Positions 52,150 to 55,560 of a stretch of 55,560 nucleotides of DNA are shown in pieces (position 1 is the stretch's first letter; each line of letters opens with the position of its first letter). The notes beneath the pieces were generated by a model, which saw only the letters and a program-made list of their open reading frames with translations, was not told the origin of the DNA and searched no databases. The stretch comes from Callorhinchus milii (taxonomy: Eukaryota), in the NCBI RefSeq assembly GCF_018977255.1, contig NW_024705303.1, positions 1 through 55,560 on the forward strand, written 5' to 3'. A program made the position numbers and the translations under genes.

Positions 52150-52835
52150 TTGCATTCGACACCACACTCATATCCCAAAACATTCAATTCTTCTTCTGAA
52201 TGCCCATGTCGCAGCCAAATATGATACTACACTCCAAAGTTGGATCTTTATAAGTCTCTCCTTTAATTTGTGCTCATCTGTCTTCACAGCATCAACTGGT
52301 GTTTGCTCAAATCAAGCTTTCTCCATGATAATCCTAACGCTAATCTCCTTAAATCAACTGTTATCTTCTTTCAGAGTATTTGGCAGATACTTGTCCTGTT
52401 TCTTGTACCAGCGCAGTATTTCACTTATTTCCACCTTGCTGTGTGGTTTTAAGTAATTAAATGTTCTGTACATTGATTCTCATTCCAAAATCACTTTTCA
52501 TTTTGTTCACATTTACAATGAGCTCCTCCTGTAGGCCCCTCTTCAAAACTGGCCAGAAGGGCTTTGTCATCACAACGGATGGCTAACTTGACCCTTTGGC
52601 CTCCACCTTCCATTATTTTTCTCCCGCTTCATCAAATATTCCCTCCCTCATTCCCTCCACACAGATGTTAACAGTAGCAGGCATATATAGTGAGCATTCC
52701 TATGTTACTTATATTTCCACAATTCTTGGTTGTGACTCTCTGTGACTCATTACTGCTGTCTCAACACATGCGCAATGACTCGATCAGCTGTCTACCCCAT
52801 TCAGTCTGCTCTTGAGCACCTCCAGTAACTTTGGG
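52150..52835 (-). mobile_element. Decayed RTE-like LINE reverse transcriptase fragment
   Basis: Minus strand gives collinear motifs across stops and frameshifts: KLLEVLK; VNICVEGMR; IRCDDKALLA (degenerate RYADD, 52551-52580); FGMRINV; KYL...KEISVRI; KLKERLIKIQLWSVVIFGCD. Confidence 0.8.
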
Positions 52836-53366
52836 TGTAGTGGAGAATGTATGTGGTGGTTTGTCTAAAAATATTACTCCCAAATATCTGAAAAGTTCAT
52901 AGTATATTCACTGGGGCTACTTGTTGATACAGTTTCTTATAAACATGCATTCCTAACTATTCTAGATATCGGTCTTTTGTCCAATAGTCTAAATTGACTA
53001 TAAAAAGGAAAATAACTACTTTACAGTAACTTGTATTACATGCATGCATTTTCTTATATTACTGTATTGGTATTTTTCACATAAAAAAAATCTGGCTCAA
53101 AGTATAAGAACATACAGGTTTACATATACGATGGCTGCTCCAGTGAGATATTTCAGCGCCTTGTGACCTCCGGGTGAAAGGTGCTTTAGAAGTGCAAATT
53201 ATTATTATTCCCAATCAATAACAATTCATTAGATGGACAATGGTTGAATATCGAATTAATATTTAGGTCGATGTTTTTTTTCCACCCTTTCGTGGTTGGA
53301 GACGAGCTTTCGCATACCTATAGCCATGTGTAAAATGGCAGAAAGGACCCAAACACAAGGGCATAC

Positions 53367-53536
53367 CTGGTGACCTCTTGTTGCAGTTGGATCTCGCTGG
53401 GCACATAGAACAGGACTCCAAAGTGCAGCAAAGCCTCCTGGGCAAACTTGTCCAGCTGCTTCCGAAGAGGCTTCTCCAAGTCGACCCATCGCAACTGCTG
53501 CTGTTTGTTGGAATACCACAAGCCAAAGTGTGCCAG
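53367..53536 (-). CDS. PTPN14: PTPN14/PTPN21-family FERM-domain exon, 170 bp
   Basis: Translates [56 protein letters not shown](R), matching the FERM N-lobe of PTPN14/21 as recalled. Acceptor tttctccacag|, donor AG|GTATGC. Confidence 0.93.
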
Positions 53537-54770
53537 CTGTGGAGAAACACACGTCATACACTTCAGCATGCAACCAACAATATAACACGGAGGCTTTCAC
53601 GACCAATATCATCCGTAATACAGGTTGTTTTTTGAAGATCGCGTAAATATAGATGTGTCGTTAAACCCAATACCTTAAGCGTAAACAAAGCTGTCTCATA
53701 AAACATAATAAAGTTATCAGACTCATTTAAAATAAAAGAAATCCAGGGTTATTTTACAAAGGTAACATGACAGAAGGGCACGTACATTTCACAGCATAGC
53801 CACGGATGCGTTCACAACCCTTGACTTTGCTAATGAACTTTGACAATACTCTTGGTACACCAGTTCATGGTCTGTATATTATCATTACTTAATTTGTTTC
53901 ATATTAATTATCTATGTTGGTTGACAATAAATAACTAGTACATGGCAGAAAAGAACAAGAGGAAATGTTGTGTGTCATTAAGGAACTCTAGCAAGAGTTG
54001 TATACATTTTTGGTGATTTTCGAAAACATTTAAAGGGGAAACGCTTTGATTTCGTTCAGTATCCCAATAGTAACAATCATCTCCATGCCAATATTGTTTC
54101 CACATGAAACTATAATAAGCCAACTCCCATCAATGACCATAAATATTTAATCGGGATATAAAATGTATATTTACAGCAATGTTTCAGCAAAAACACCAAT
54201 CTGCAGGAAGACTTCCTTCAATTTTGTTTTCATGCCTGATCTTTCAAACAAAATGCACTGTCATAAACATAGATAAATACACTGAAATAACCAAACCTCT
54301 GCAAAAGTGGAACGTATTACTAATACATCAAACAAGATTTGGGTGCTGATTATATGTAAATGGCAAGTTTATTGGCAGGCCGGGAAATCCCACCACAGGA
54401 AAATATCCATTAGAGACTTCCATGGATATTTGTGAGTTTGCCGGATGCTCCGCTCGTCTGTGGGATGGGTGGGGCACATTCCCCCCTCCCAGCTTGCTCG
54501 CCCAGTGCTGCCCAAACTTTAGCTCATCACGTACCCCCTACCAGATCTATTAACCCAGACCTATCAAGGTATGTGTACCCCTACCAACATATAGGCCTCG
54601 ATTTAATTACATTTACATGTAATTTACAGCTCAAACATTTAGTTAACACCTAATAACGTATTAACATTGAAATAAACATTAACTATTTCCCATCTACAGA
54701 GGAAGGCCACACAGCATAATTACATCATGGGAGAACCAATCACACACAGAGAAAAAAAGACCCCCCATGC

Positions 54771-55385
54771 AGCCTACACAGTCTGTTGGGGCAAGTGCTG
54801 TAGGCTTATTCCTATGAAGGTTGGCACAACCCACGAGGGGGTGACATGGCCAGCATTAAGCCCTGCTGTTTTTGTCTCCGAGTGCTAATGTATACACACC
54901 ACATTCAGAAGGAACCATCAACCAAGACCTAAAGAATGTACCTCCTGATTCCCCTTCTGGATTGTGCTGTCACCATCCAGAATAAACACCTCATTCGAGA
55001 ACCAACCATCCGCATCTCCTGGCTTTGACATTCCTCACACTTGTCTACACCAAACGCATCAGAACATCAACAGGCCTGAACATTTTTAAAAAGTAAAGCA
55101 AAGCCAGTGTGGCTGTGGAAATAAAACCCCAACTATGAACTACATAGTAAATAAACCACTGCAGTCTAAGCTCCTTCAATTGAGACCTGTCATGGCTAGC
55201 AGACATTGGCATTTAGCTCCTGAACATATTGCCAGATGCAAAAACATAATCTGGAGCTCATTTAAGGCTGAGTCACCCTAGGGGAGGCCAAGGACCTGGT
55301 TCACACACTCACCTTTGAAGTTAGCCATGGCTGGGAATAAAACCTCAGGAGTCATAGCACAAAGACAAAAATCCAAACCTATACA
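54771..55385 (-). mobile_element. Second copy of the 50663-50903 SINE-like repeat, split by a ~350-bp unrelated insert (~54905-55250)
   Basis: 54771-54900 aligns by eye to 50663-50785, and 55255-55305 to 50788-50840. Confidence 0.6.
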
Positions 55386-55560
55386 TGTGTATAGGCTTTT
55401 GTGTTTGCTCGCCTATGGCTGGCTACAGGTGCTGTCTATGGGCAGCCCTGAATCAGAGATGGAATGTACGCATCCTCATGGCGAATAAGTCTTGCCACGG
55501 CAGAGATAGGCACCAACACTGCAGTTGATGCCGATGGCAAATCCATGATGAAGATGACAA

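Overview
Vertebrate-type eukaryotic genomic DNA in three parts. (1) 1-11637 holds the 3' end of SMYD2 on the + strand (three clear coding exons plus a probable exon end at the window start) facing the terminal coding exon and long putative 3' UTR of a PTPN14/PTPN21-family tyrosine phosphatase on the - strand. This is the tail-to-tail SMYD2-PTPN14 arrangement known from human. (2) After a 30-N gap, ~11668-47830 is a ~36 kb block that looks statistically random: no recognisable ORF, exon, repeat or low-complexity tract, and none of the phosphatase exons that should lie there. I read it as shuffled/synthetic or artefactual sequence and found no biological system in it. (3) ~47830-55560 is intronic DNA of the same phosphatase gene, with one FERM-domain exon, SINE/LINE remnants and a dense cluster of TEAD motifs. 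The best-supported unusual biology is small-scale: a probable minor-spliceosome (U12, AT-AG) intron and a GC-AG intron in SMYD2, a candidate YAP/TEAD enhancer, a perfect 35-bp inverted repeat and a stem-loop cluster. All protein comparisons are from memory of the human sequences, not from a database search.
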